A DNA stretch of 64,000 bases from a virus. The stretch covers positions 1 to 64,000 of the IMG/VR virus record IMGVR_UViG_3300045131_002463. One strand, written 5' to 3'. Every line of letters begins with the position of its first letter. The stretch's first letter is position 1. The translations under genes were made by a program, and so were the position numbers. Positions 48,722-58,541 of this stretch are shown here, one piece after another. Under the pieces are notes generated by a model, which did no database searches, was not told where the DNA came from, and was given only the letters and a program-made list of their open reading frames with translations.

Positions 48722-49590
48722 GCTTTTTCTTTCTGCATCTTACAAAAATTTAATACGGGACAATTTTTTGCAAGATATGTTGAGTAACCAGAGTCATAGC
48801 AAGATGCTATCCTAGGTGGGAGTATGTTCTCTGTGTACCCCTTTTTAAACTCCGTTAATTTGTTGAAAATATCTCTAAGTATAACTTTGTCATGTTTTAC
48901 TAGAAAGGTTTTAACTGGAGAGGTCTTCATCTTGAATCCCTTAGAAATATACATTATATACCCATATTTAGAATCAAAAGAAATATGTTTAGCTAAACGA
49001 TCTTTTCCTATTCCCCACATATATGTTTGTATCTGCCAGAGGTGTTCAATAAGGGGGGCCTTTAATTTATCGAATCCAACCGTATCTATTGTCTTTAATT
49101 CCAATACTCTAAAATTGTTTTCTGGCTTTTCTACGAACATATCGGGATGGCCCGTAACAAATAATGGCTTTTCCATTTTTAATGAATACTCGGTATACTC
49201 AAAGGCTTTAGGATTTGCGCCGCACACTGGACACTTTTCTTTAACTTTCTTTGTAAAAGGTGTCATATAATCGCATGCTCTACACCTCCAGAAACCACTT
49301 CTTAAATCATCAGATATAAAAGATTTAGTATTTTGGGCCCAAAAATGTACGGAATTTCCTATATCAAAGACTACTGTGTTAGAAAATTTTACATATTCCT
49401 TTTCTTCTATTTTACATTTATTAATTAAAACAAGCTGCCTCATACAATCTTTGTATAGAGAAGAAGCGCGAGGATATCTAGGTAGTATCTTAGTATGTAA
49501 CTTACTTTTTACTGATACAAAATCTCGTGTTATTAGCTCGGGATCCCCTGATTTTTCATTCGAAGTGAGGGTCACTGTATTCAAACTCAC
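48718..49590 (-). CDS. Cas4-like PD-(D/E)xK exonuclease
   Basis: RASSL...C.RQ, GHPD...ELKT, QIQTYM, C-terminal C...CP...C. Confidence 0.8.
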   Translation of the reverse strand: MSLNTVTLTSNEKSGDPELITRDFVSVKSKLHTKILPRYPRASSLYKDCMRQLVLINKCKIEEKEYVKFSNTVVFDIGNSVHFWAQNTKSFISDDLRSGFWRCRACDYMTPFTKKVKEKCPVCGANPKAFEYTEYSLKMEKPLFVTGHPDMFVEKPENNFRVLELKTIDTVGFDKLKAPLIEHLWQIQTYMWGIGKDRLAKHISFDSKYGYIMYISKGFKMKTSPVKTFLVKHDKVILRDIFNKLTEFKKGYTENILPPRIASCYDSGYSTYLAKNCPVLNFCKMQKEKA

Positions 49591-50074
49591 TTCGCATCGT
49601 CCACGGTATAAATATAAAATTTACGTCAGGATATGCTAATTTAAATTCTGTCAATTTAGTTTTACCTCTAATAGCAAACTCCCCCTTGACCTCTAGGAAA
49701 CAGTCATAAGGGGGAGGAATATAGAAATCAGGTGTATAAGTGTATTTGCCTATGGAAAAACAATAAGGTTCATATAAAAAATCAATTGCAATCGATTGCA
49801 AATATTCCGCCACTCTTCCCTCAAACTCAGACCTAAAATATTTATCAAGTTTGTTTGAATAAAACATACAGGCAGAACAATTTACATCAGATATCTCCGG
49901 AGCGTCATATCTCCAGTCAGGATTTATAACTCCCTCATCTTTATAGCAACTTTTTATTTTATTTACTAAACATTCTTTACTACAGAAAAAATCGAGACCA
50001 CTATGCTGGTATTTCCAATCTTTCTGTGCTACTACTATTGTTTTTTTGCAACTGGCGCAGAGTCTTCTGGGCAC
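49556..50074 (-). CDS. PD-(D/E)xK endonuclease with N-terminal Zn-binding (TRASH-like) motif
   Basis: CASC...FCSKEC; RSEFE, YTPDFY...LEVKG. Confidence 0.75.
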   Translation of the reverse strand: MPRRLCASCKKTIVVAQKDWKYQHSGLDFFCSKECLVNKIKSCYKDEGVINPDWRYDAPEISDVNCSACMFYSNKLDKYFRSEFEGRVAEYLQSIAIDFLYEPYCFSIGKYTYTPDFYIPPPYDCFLEVKGEFAIRGKTKLTEFKLAYPDVNFIFIPWTMRSEFEYSDPHFE

Positions 50075-51228
50075 GCCTTTACCTCTTTAGGCACGGATTT
50101 AATCGCGCCTTCTTTTTTAATAATTTTATCTTTTATATGGTTTATCAGTTGTATTTGTGTTTCAAAATATAAATCCTTGTTTTTCTTCCACATTTCAACA
50201 AAGTCTTTCTGAGATCCACTACTTTTACCCATTGTATATTTAGTGGTCCCTTTTGTCATTAAACCATGATTAAGAAGCTCTGTTATAACTAACTTATGAT
50301 CTATAATATCCCCCCTAGAAAACTCTAGCTCAGGGATATCTGCGGTTACTCTTATAAATTCTCCAGATTCAGAGAGTTTTAAGGATTTAAATTTTTCAAT
50401 ATAAAAGGAATGCTTCTGCGCCATATGCAGATCTTTTTCTTTATCGTAATACTTCTCTTTATCCTGGAGTGCTTTTTTTGAGATATGGATAGTAAGAGCA
50501 GAAAAAAAGCGTATAGCGTAGCCCCCCGGCTGTGTTGTAGAGGGACCATAGAACACTCCTATATTAGCACGAAGTTGATTAGTAAGAAGTACTAAACAGG
50601 GGTGGCCTCTTTTGTACTCTTTACTTAACCTACTATTAACCTTATTAATTAGATTGGTTACAAGTTTTGCTTGGTTCCCTATAACTTTGTCATCAAGAGA
50701 AGAGTCCATCATATCAGATGGAAATAGAGCCGCCACGGAATCTAATATAACTAAACCGCAATCGTCAGCCCTTAATGAATAATCTATGATGTCTCCATAC
50801 TGGTTACCGGCATCACTCACATTTAAATAGTAATCTTCAGGATTACACCCAATACTTTGTGCCCAAAACTTATTGAAGGTACCTTCTACATCACACCATA
50901 CAGATTTCATCCTTATTGATGGAAGAGAACACTCACATTGACTTAAAGGCTTAAAACATCTCCAGCATATTTTTGCTACTTTTGCCATAGCAGACATAAG
51001 TAAAGAAGTCTTACCTCCATGTTCTGGGCCCTTAACTAGAGAGTATTGGTGTATAGGAAAGCCGCCCCCCGTAGCATAATCAAAAGTAAATATACCTGTA
51101 GGTAATCTCTGTGCATCGTCTAAAGCTTCAGTTCCTTGTATACAAGATCTATCGCCGTATCTTTGATTTAAAGATGAGGATATAGCAGAAAGGTTTGCTA
51201 TTTTTGCAATATCTTTAAGATCAGCCAT
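50035..51228 (-). CDS. RecA/UvsX-like recombinase
   Basis: PTG...D...GGG.P, GPEHGGKTS, DVEG, ILDSVAAL, TNQLR, PGG.A..F; Cys-rich insert CWRC...CEC. Confidence 0.9.
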   Translation of the reverse strand: MADLKDIAKIANLSAISSSLNQRYGDRSCIQGTEALDDAQRLPTGIFTFDYATGGGFPIHQYSLVKGPEHGGKTSLLMSAMAKVAKICWRCFKPLSQCECSLPSIRMKSVWCDVEGTFNKFWAQSIGCNPEDYYLNVSDAGNQYGDIIDYSLRADDCGLVILDSVAALFPSDMMDSSLDDKVIGNQAKLVTNLINKVNSRLSKEYKRGHPCLVLLTNQLRANIGVFYGPSTTQPGGYAIRFFSALTIHISKKALQDKEKYYDKEKDLHMAQKHSFYIEKFKSLKLSESGEFIRVTADIPELEFSRGDIIDHKLVITELLNHGLMTKGTTKYTMGKSSGSQKDFVEMWKKNKDLYFETQIQLINHIKDKIIKKEGAIKSVPKEVKACPEDSAPVAKKQ

Positions 51229-51613
51229 TATTCACCAATCCCATATGCGTTAATTTTCTTTCCATTATCTTATCAACCAGATCACTAGTCTGCTTATAAA
51301 CGCTTCCTATTTCCTCAGTATAACAAGGGATACTTAAATCTATAGCTACGGTAATATTTCCTTCGTTTGGTCCCAAGGGTATATGTCTCTTAGCATGAAC
51401 TGTAACCCTGGCTGGGGTTGTTACAAAAGGTCTTATCTTAATTATTTTAGGTTCTTGTGTTTGTTTACCTACTACGGTTTGCGTTACTTCCAAGTATCCT
51501 TCTTCAGAAATACTCTCAGCGGCAGGAGGTATTTGATCTATAGCTACTACCTTTTCTTCTGGTGCAGCGACTTCTTTGTCAATTTTTTTAATTGCTGGTT
51601 TTGCTTTTTTCAT
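51221..51613 (-). CDS. Hypothetical protein
   Basis: ORF track. Confidence 0.7.
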   Translation of the reverse strand: MKKAKPAIKKIDKEVAAPEEKVVAIDQIPPAAESISEEGYLEVTQTVVGKQTQEPKIIKIRPFVTTPARVTVHAKRHIPLGPNEGNITVAIDLSIPCYTEEIGSVYKQTSDLVDKIMERKLTHMGLVNNG

Positions 51614-52971
51614 TTATTACGAACTTCCTTTATTTGTAATCCACGTTCTTGGTAGAACTTTATTCTAGATTGTGCACTATTTTTAGTTTCTTTATAGAAC
51701 ATATCAATAATATCTATAACTACTGGGGTTTTTTTCCCAACTAAAAAACGCTCTATCCTTCCCAGTGTCTGACGCATATCAGTTCTAACAGTACCTAGTA
51801 TTAATGTATCCATTCTAGGTATATCAGTCCCTCTTGACATTAGCCCAAAGGTTGCTAGTATTATAGACGCTTCTTCTGCTGATCTATCTTTCTCTTCTTG
51901 CTTTAACATCTTACCATTTAAAGAGCGTACAAAATATCCAATTCTTTTAGGGCTTATATTATATACCTTCACTAAAAGTTCTTTAATATTTTGTAGTTGC
52001 TCTTTACGGTCTGACATTATAAGAGTTACTCTACCAGAACTAAAGCTTTTAGAAGCATAGCTGGCTATAAGATCATTTCTTACAGCATTTTTAGCAAGAT
52101 TAGATATTAGCACTCCTCTACGTTGAATGTCTTTTAAGTAGGAAGGGATAAGACCAGAGGATCCATAGAATCTATGAAGTACAACCATAGGAGTCATAGT
52201 TTTTGTATTTTTACACTTAATACGAAACTGTGCTAAACTTTCTTCAAAGATAACATGAAGCCCATCCATACGGGTAGCGGAGGCAGTTACGCCTATTCTC
52301 CACTTAGCTGGAAACATACCAGATGCGGAAGAAAATGTTTTAGGAGGAAGAGAACTATCACATTCATCAAAGAATATTGCCCCAAAGCTGTTCTTAAACT
52401 CACGCGTAGCTATTCTAGGAATTACTATGGAATGTATTAAGCCAATTACCACTTTCTTATTTTCATAATCAGACTTTCCCGCTTCTACTATCCCAATATC
52501 TTCTTCCTTTAAATCTGTAAATTGTAAAATTCTATCCTTCCATTGTTTTACAAGATCACTCTTTGGCACTACAATTAATGTGGTAGTATGAAGTAATGAT
52601 ATCATTTTTAATCCCATCACTGTCTTGCCCGAGCCTGGGGCCGCCTCTAAAAAGAATCCGGTGGCCCCCTTATCTAGTAAAGCAGTAAACTCATCTATGG
52701 CTTTTATTTGGTAATCCCAGAGAGTCCCTTTAAATCTAAAATCCACTTTACTGCCAATGACTCTATTATCTACGATAGTTGTAGCCATTTCTTTACTTAA
52801 GCGTAAGGCATGACGAGGGATACCAATGTAATCTGAAGTTTCTTTGTAGTAAGTAATAGTAGGGCTATTCTTATATTTACCCGTAATGGTATATCTCTGT
52901 TTATAATCGGAGACATTTATCTCAGATTTTGGAATATACAAATATTCAGATAGTATTACTTTTTTAAACAT
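51610..52971 (-). CDS. Superfamily 2 helicase (UvsW/XPB-like)
   Basis: LWDYQ, APGSGKT, FDECD, TASATRMDG, GTDIPRMD, QTLGRIER. Confidence 0.9.
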   Translation of the reverse strand: MFKKVILSEYLYIPKSEINVSDYKQRYTITGKYKNSPTITYYKETSDYIGIPRHALRLSKEMATTIVDNRVIGSKVDFRFKGTLWDYQIKAIDEFTALLDKGATGFFLEAAPGSGKTVMGLKMISLLHTTTLIVVPKSDLVKQWKDRILQFTDLKEEDIGIVEAGKSDYENKKVVIGLIHSIVIPRIATREFKNSFGAIFFDECDSSLPPKTFSSASGMFPAKWRIGVTASATRMDGLHVIFEESLAQFRIKCKNTKTMTPMVVLHRFYGSSGLIPSYLKDIQRRGVLISNLAKNAVRNDLIASYASKSFSSGRVTLIMSDRKEQLQNIKELLVKVYNISPKRIGYFVRSLNGKMLKQEEKDRSAEEASIILATFGLMSRGTDIPRMDTLILGTVRTDMRQTLGRIERFLVGKKTPVVIDIIDMFYKETKNSAQSRIKFYQERGLQIKEVRNK

Positions 52972-52998
52972 AAGAAAGCCCTAACTATGATCTGCTAA

Positions 52999-53817
52999 TT
53001 AAAGCAGATCATTGAGATCGTCTTTTTTGGGGTCTGTAGTCAATTCTGACGAGACTTCTTCTTCATCCATAGTTTCATCAGTATCTTCAAAGAAGTCATC
53101 TGTAGTTTCAGATGAGGGGGCTTTTTCTTCAAGCCCTAAACCAAACTCATCCTCAAGATCAGTTGACTCGTCAGTTCCCATAGGTTCTCCTATGCCAGCA
53201 ATAACTCTAAGTTCTTTATCTGACTTAGGTGCCAATACTGTAAAGTAATCAATAGGTTTAAGAAATTCCTTAGGATCAGCTTCGATCTTTTTAGCTATAG
53301 CCTCAAGCGCTGAAATAGTAACCTTTTTACCTAAAGAAAAATATTCCCCGCAAGCTACGGACTGTTTATCAGTGTCACGTTCAATTTCCATGGAGTAATG
53401 TGTAAGATCTACTTTATTTCCCTCTAGAAATTGACGCATAACCGCCCTAATACCTTTACCCTTCAAAACTAGCAAAACTTTCTGAAACTGATATTCTTTA
53501 CCAGTTTTTTGACTGACAGTTTTACGAGTATCAATAACCGTAGAGACTAAAATAGGACTACGTTTATTATTAATCTGACAAAGAGGACAGGTTTCTGTAT
53601 CAGAGGTGCACGTAAAGGTTTCCCATCTACCATCTACCTGAATACTATGCTCATAAAGCCACGTTGTAGGATTTTCCAGAAAAATAACTTTAGCCTTCTC
53701 AGTTGGCTTTAGTCTAAATCTACGGATGTTTGTTTGTTTTGTTGTAATTGCTCTCAGAGCTTCCATTTCTTTGAATTTTTGTTGACCTGCTAGGCCGGTG
53801 CTGTACCAGTTTGACAT
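52999..53817 (-). CDS. Probable single-stranded DNA-binding protein
   Basis: RF.LK...KVIFL, H...C...CPLC Zn motif, long acidic tail ending DDLNDLL. Confidence 0.7.
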   Translation of the reverse strand: MSNWYSTGLAGQQKFKEMEALRAITTKQTNIRRFRLKPTEKAKVIFLENPTTWLYEHSIQVDGRWETFTCTSDTETCPLCQINNKRSPILVSTVIDTRKTVSQKTGKEYQFQKVLLVLKGKGIRAVMRQFLEGNKVDLTHYSMEIERDTDKQSVACGEYFSLGKKVTISALEAIAKKIEADPKEFLKPIDYFTVLAPKSDKELRVIAGIGEPMGTDESTDLEDEFGLGLEEKAPSSETTDDFFEDTDETMDEEEVSSELTTDPKKDDLNDLL

Positions 53818-53852
53818 GTGTTTTTACCTTTCACAAGTTTTATTTAATAAAT

Positions 53853-53881
53853 AGCTTACCACATTTTTTAATAGTTGTCAA
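53853..53881 (-). promoter_or_regulatory. Sigma70 promoter TTGACA-17-TAAGCT
   Basis: Same family as the other middle promoters; palindrome copy at 53899-53914. Confidence 0.7.
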
Positions 53882-53920
53882 GCTTTTTTTTTGATGATTT
53901 GCAATTGATTGCAAATTTTG

Positions 53921-55021
53921 TTAAAAATATTTCCTATGTCTCGCTTTCTTATCCACTAGGACTTTTTTATTAAGTGCCCGGACTATGTCCAAACGATTCT
54001 CTGCATCTCCTGGGTCCTTTCCTCCGGCATTTTCCCAGTTTATAACGTGAACCAACTTTCCATTAGATATATCTATTAACTTTTTTGTGGCCCTCCTTCC
54101 GGCATCATCATTATCAAAACCCACCCAGAGATTTGGGGAAGGTATACTATAAATCTGAGTCTTAGAGAAACTAGCAGAAGTAGTAGCAATTACATTATTA
54201 AAGCCATATGTTTTTAATAATAAACAATCTGTTTCAGATTCCACTATAATTGCAGGCTTATCCACTGTTATCTTATTGAGACCGAAGCATGCCCCACTGT
54301 CTCTTATAGTAGGAAGTGCATATTTGTTCCCAAATTGCTTAGGAGAGATAGTAAACATTACTTTTGTATTTATATCACATACTCGAGCTCTTAATACTTG
54401 AATATTACCCCTTATATCAGTAAGAGGAAATATTATTAAATTACGTTGCTTATTATAACGTATTCCCATTTCAGCTATTATAGCTAAAGAAATACCTCTA
54501 ACATTAATAAGATAGTCCTTAATATTCATAGCCACACTGTCGTTATTTTCCACTACAAGTGGAAAATTTCTTAGTAAAGGTAGTGGAAAAATAGGGGGAA
54601 CTTCTTCCTTCTGTTGCTGCTCGGATATTTTAGGGACCACCCATTTATTAAACTTTAACGTTCCTTCTTTTGCCTCTTTCTCAAAGAGAGCATCATCCTC
54701 TCTATCATCTTCACTAAGTGCAGATATTTCGTATGCTTGATAATAAGCGGCTAGTCTCTTATCCCTATATTCGTTATACATGGATTTTTGAATAATTAAA
54801 CTCAAGAGCTTAACAGGAGTAGGCGTGCAGGAAAAACACTTAAATACAGAATTTCCAGAGGGATTTATAGAAATTCCCGCACTAGGATGGTAATCCTGTC
54901 CTGATGAGTGCTTATGAGATGCCAGCGGACAAGGTACATTAACCCAGTCATCCCTAACAACCATAGCAGAGTCATCATAACCCATAAGACGTAGAAGCTT
55001 TATGATATTAATTTCTTTCAC
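53921..55021 (-). CDS. DNA primase (CHC2 Zn finger + TOPRIM)
   Basis: CPLASHKH..D.HPS...FKCFSC; VESETD, GFDNDDAG, KDPGD. Confidence 0.9.
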   Translation of the reverse strand: MKEINIIKLLRLMGYDDSAMVVRDDWVNVPCPLASHKHSSGQDYHPSAGISINPSGNSVFKCFSCTPTPVKLLSLIIQKSMYNEYRDKRLAAYYQAYEISALSEDDREDDALFEKEAKEGTLKFNKWVVPKISEQQQKEEVPPIFPLPLLRNFPLVVENNDSVAMNIKDYLINVRGISLAIIAEMGIRYNKQRNLIIFPLTDIRGNIQVLRARVCDINTKVMFTISPKQFGNKYALPTIRDSGACFGLNKITVDKPAIIVESETDCLLLKTYGFNNVIATTSASFSKTQIYSIPSPNLWVGFDNDDAGRRATKKLIDISNGKLVHVINWENAGGKDPGDAENRLDIVRALNKKVLVDKKARHRKYF

Positions 55022-55031
55022 AGCAACTCAC

Positions 55032-56354
55032 TTATTCTTCTGTAGCTTCTGGCTCCATATAACTATCTTCAGAGAGAAGGGGTCTAGTAGGAGAAGGCTC
55101 TATAATCTTTGTGTGTATCGTATCTATTATTATCATAGTACTACCTTCTTCTCCGTCTCTACCCTTCGTTATGCTTAAACGCTTAGGTTTATTTCTATTA
55201 TCCCACATTCCTGTGCCAATGCTTTCATTTTCGTAATCTGACATCTCTACTACAATACTAGCTAACTGTCTAACTACAGCGCTTTGATAAATATCCTCTG
55301 ACTTTTTATTTAATTGATAAGTTGCAAATATAGGGATATTCATTTCCTTAGCTAGGGTCTTAAGAGATTCAGCTACAGAGGAAACAATCTCGTAGCGGGT
55401 TTTAGCATAAAATTCAGGTTTAAGCAAATACGCTCCGTCTACATAGATGGCATCTGGTTTATAGACATAGGCAGAGGATTTAACATCTAATACCCCTAAA
55501 CTCATAGAAGCGTCTGTCATATAAAATTTATTAGGTAACTCTGATAATAGTTGCTTATCGTATTTTATAACTTCTTCTCCTATAGTAGTAGTTAGTTTAC
55601 CAAATTTAATCCTATTTACACTTAGATTATTTCGTAAAGCAATAGCTCTCCTATGATATTGGATTTCTGACATTTCCGTAGGGATAAATAAAACTGAGCT
55701 ACCCTGAGCGTGTGCTGCTAATGCCATATGCATTAATATAAAAGTTTTACCGCTGGAAGGGAGCCCCGCTAAACAAATAAGATCTCCTCCCTGAGCTCCA
55801 CCAGAACTAGAGTCTAAAAAATCTAGACCAAAAGGAACTCCGAATTCTCTAATATTTAAACGAGCTTTATTATGTAAATCTAATAAGTTATCTATGGTGT
55901 CTTCTAATGAATATACTCTAGTTTTAGTCTGACCTTCCACTAGTATCCTAGTGAGTTTAGTGGCTATATTAGCTGCACTATCTATATCGCCTTCAGTTAT
56001 TTTAGCCATAGCCTCTTTACATAAAGAGAAAGAATTCTCTACAGCGTATCTTTTTCTTACCTCATCTGCCCAGAATTGTACATTATTATCTATAGGAATA
56101 TCTGGTAAACTGTATCCAGATTCTACTTCTACTGTAGATTTAGATGGAAGTTCTTTATATAATTCTACATACTTAGACATTACATCTAGTATAACTTGTT
56201 CTTCTCTAGTAAAGAACTCCCTAACTAAACGAAAACTAGCTAGGAAGGAAGAAGGTCCCTTATTTCCCAATACGGCTAATGAAAAAAGTAATCCTGTTGT
56301 GGGCTCTAATTGTTTTGACATTAATCCTCCCAAAGAGATTTTTTGCTTTCGCAA
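55032..56354 (-). CDS. DnaB-like replicative helicase
   Basis: AGLPSSGKT, PTEMS, IYVDGAYL, LKTLAKEMNIP...QLN, KGRDG. Confidence 0.9.
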   Translation of the reverse strand: MRKQKISLGGLMSKQLEPTTGLLFSLAVLGNKGPSSFLASFRLVREFFTREEQVILDVMSKYVELYKELPSKSTVEVESGYSLPDIPIDNNVQFWADEVRKRYAVENSFSLCKEAMAKITEGDIDSAANIATKLTRILVEGQTKTRVYSLEDTIDNLLDLHNKARLNIREFGVPFGLDFLDSSSGGAQGGDLICLAGLPSSGKTFILMHMALAAHAQGSSVLFIPTEMSEIQYHRRAIALRNNLSVNRIKFGKLTTTIGEEVIKYDKQLLSELPNKFYMTDASMSLGVLDVKSSAYVYKPDAIYVDGAYLLKPEFYAKTRYEIVSSVAESLKTLAKEMNIPIFATYQLNKKSEDIYQSAVVRQLASIVVEMSDYENESIGTGMWDNRNKPKRLSITKGRDGEEGSTMIIIDTIHTKIIEPSPTRPLLSEDSYMEPEATEE

Positions 56355-56986
56355 GTTTGTATAATAACGGGGGTTACCTTAAATTGAAAAGTCTGCTCGA
56401 ATGCAGGTGAATAAAAAGTACGCAATTTATACATAGTGTCTTCTTTTATTTTGGAAGGAATAATCTGCAAAGTATGTGCAGTGAATACTACTTTTCTACT
56501 AAATATTAATGGCTCTATTATTCCTTCTAGCGAAGAAGACATAGATGATATTCTATTGTCTCCAGAAAAAATATTACCTATCATAACTAAATCTTTATTT
56601 ATTCTGGAAGGCATCTCCGCTGATATATCTTTGTCTAGCAGACTGTCAAGTAAATGCTTTAGAGAAATTTTAAATATGGATTCGCCTTTCGGACTATTAA
56701 GAGCATAGATTAGGGGGAAATACTTATGAATTTCCCACAATAACTGAGAGGTATCTATTATTACTAAAGCTGAGTTATGCTCTAATAACGCTTTCTTTAT
56801 CTTATTACAGTGTGACATAAAGAAAGGATTATCATCTAGAAATTTTGATAAAGAAGATAAATCTAGGCCGAATCCATTTTCTATTAATTTGTTTTTTATT
56901 TCTTTGTATAAGAATGCCTCCGATGTATCGGAGCACATATACTTACCATCAAGTTCTTTTAAGGTTTTATATCCTGTATCTGCCAT
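56321..56986 (-). CDS. Hypothetical protein, possibly a degenerate helicase loader
   Basis: Position upstream of the helicase only. Confidence 0.4.
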   Translation of the reverse strand: MADTGYKTLKELDGKYMCSDTSEAFLYKEIKNKLIENGFGLDLSSLSKFLDDNPFFMSHCNKIKKALLEHNSALVIIDTSQLLWEIHKYFPLIYALNSPKGESIFKISLKHLLDSLLDKDISAEMPSRINKDLVMIGNIFSGDNRISSMSSSLEGIIEPLIFSRKVVFTAHTLQIIPSKIKEDTMYKLRTFYSPAFEQTFQFKVTPVIIQTCESKKSLWED

Positions 56987-57383
56987 CTAAGTCCTCCTCT
57001 ATCTTAAATTTTAACCATATATAATCAATGGGCTCTTTAGTTGAATTTATTATGCGAAGAGCGGAAATAAAATAATCAAGATTCCGCTTAAGGTTAAAAA
57101 TATTAAAAGTTTCAAAGTTTCCAGTTTTAATTCCGGTTAAAGATAATGATTTATTTATGAGGATATAGTATTTAATGAATTGTTCAAACTTTATATAATC
57201 CTGACCTATTTTTTCTAAGATTCCTTTATAGGCCCCATTCCATTGGTGCTTATCTTCAGTCTTAATATCTTGTATTTTTAGATAATATTTATCACATAAA
57301 AAAATTAAGTACTGCAGAGACACCTTTGACGGCTTTTTTTTTGATTCAGGTTTCTGTAAATCCTTGAGTAATAATTTTTTCAT
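56967..57383 (-). CDS. Hypothetical protein (start revised to MKKLLL)
   Basis: Promoter TTGACA-17-TAAAGA at 57391-57419 lies inside the longer ORF call. Confidence 0.6.
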   Translation of the reverse strand: MKKLLLKDLQKPESKKKPSKVSLQYLIFLCDKYYLKIQDIKTEDKHQWNGAYKGILEKIGQDYIKFEQFIKYYILINKSLSLTGIKTGNFETFNIFNLKRNLDYFISALRIINSTKEPIDYIWLKFKIEEDLDGRYRI

Positions 57384-57940
57384 GTAACGATCTTTACCAC
57401 AAAAAATTTTGTTTGTCAAGTAAAAAATTTGGGGAGAGGGGGAGCGCAATGGGAGTGGGGTCTTGAAATCCGGATCTTTAAGGAAGATAGGGGGAAGAAA
57501 AAATTTTTTAATCCCTTATGAAAATTTAAAATCGTAAAAATTTTTTTCTTTTTTACTTTGGCCCATTAAGAGAAAGAGAAAATTTTCTTACAATTTCCCT
57601 GGAGAAAAAAATTTTTTTCTTCTCTCTCTCCATGGAGAAGAGTATATATCTATACTCTACCCTGAATTACTATATTACTATTCTTTTACTATCTTTAAAA
57701 AAAAAGCTTTCGCTCCAATACTGCAATCAGTAATATCATATTTTTAAAAGTTTGTCAAGAAAAAAATGCACGCATTTAAAAATAAATTTTATTTCCTATG
57801 AAACGCAGTTCTTTTAATATTAATTTAAAATTAGTATTACTTTTTTCTTGACATTAGGTACGCCGACAGATTATTTTAAAGAATCAATGGGTTATGATTT
57901 TCATAAAATATTATACCTCAAAGGGTGGCCTAAAGCAAGC

Positions 57941-58537
57941 ATGATTCCTAGAAAATTAGTTATTAAAGATGACAAAGAGTATGAACGTGTTGTTTTTGGG
58001 GAGATATATGTCCCCGGGCAGGAAGATGCTCATGGCGACATTATGACAGCGGAAGAGATAAAAAAGGCCGCTTATGGATTTATGAAAAATCAGCGCACTC
58101 ATAATATTGACTTAATGCATAATAACGAACCCACAGGGGATTATTTAGTTGAGACTTTTATAGCGCGTTCTTCGGATCCGGATGGCTTCGTAGAAGGGGC
58201 GTGGGTTGGCGCTACTAAAATAGAATCAGATGAAGTTTGGGGTAAAATTCTTAAGGGTGAAATAAATTGTTATTCTCTTGAGGGTCTTACTAATTTAGAC
58301 CAGAAGATTGAAACAGTTCAACGAGTAGTGGAGGCAGAGGGAGATACCCAGGAAAATTTGGATGAATTAATTCCGCCTCATACGCACACCTTTAAAATAA
58401 AATTTGATGATGAAAATAAAATAATAGTAGCAAATACAGGAATGTCCCAGGGACATAATCATATTATAAGATCAGCTTCAACCACTGAGGTTAGATTTGG
58501 TCATGCCCATAGATATTCTTTTAATGAGGTAATATAA
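57941..58537 (+). CDS. XkdF-like prohead serine protease with a His-rich C-terminal extension
   Basis: VFGEIYVP...DAHGDIMTAEEIKKAAYGF...IDLMH...ETFIA...G.W...W..I.KGEINCYSLEG. The TTG at 57848 is a TTGACA box, so the start is probably 57887 or 57941. Confidence 0.85.
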   Translation: MIPRKLVIKDDKEYERVVFGEIYVPGQEDAHGDIMTAEEIKKAAYGFMKNQRTHNIDLMHNNEPTGDYLVETFIARSSDPDGFVEGAWVGATKIESDEVWGKILKGEINCYSLEGLTNLDQKIETVQRVVEAEGDTQENLDELIPPHTHTFKIKFDDENKIIVANTGMSQGHNHIIRSASTTEVRFGHAHRYSFNEVI

Positions 58538-58541
58538 TTAA

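Noticed and set aside
48718-49590. Cas4-like gene as evidence of a CRISPR-Cas system
   Set aside because: Solo Cas4-like nucleases are common in phage recombination modules; no cas1/cas2 or array
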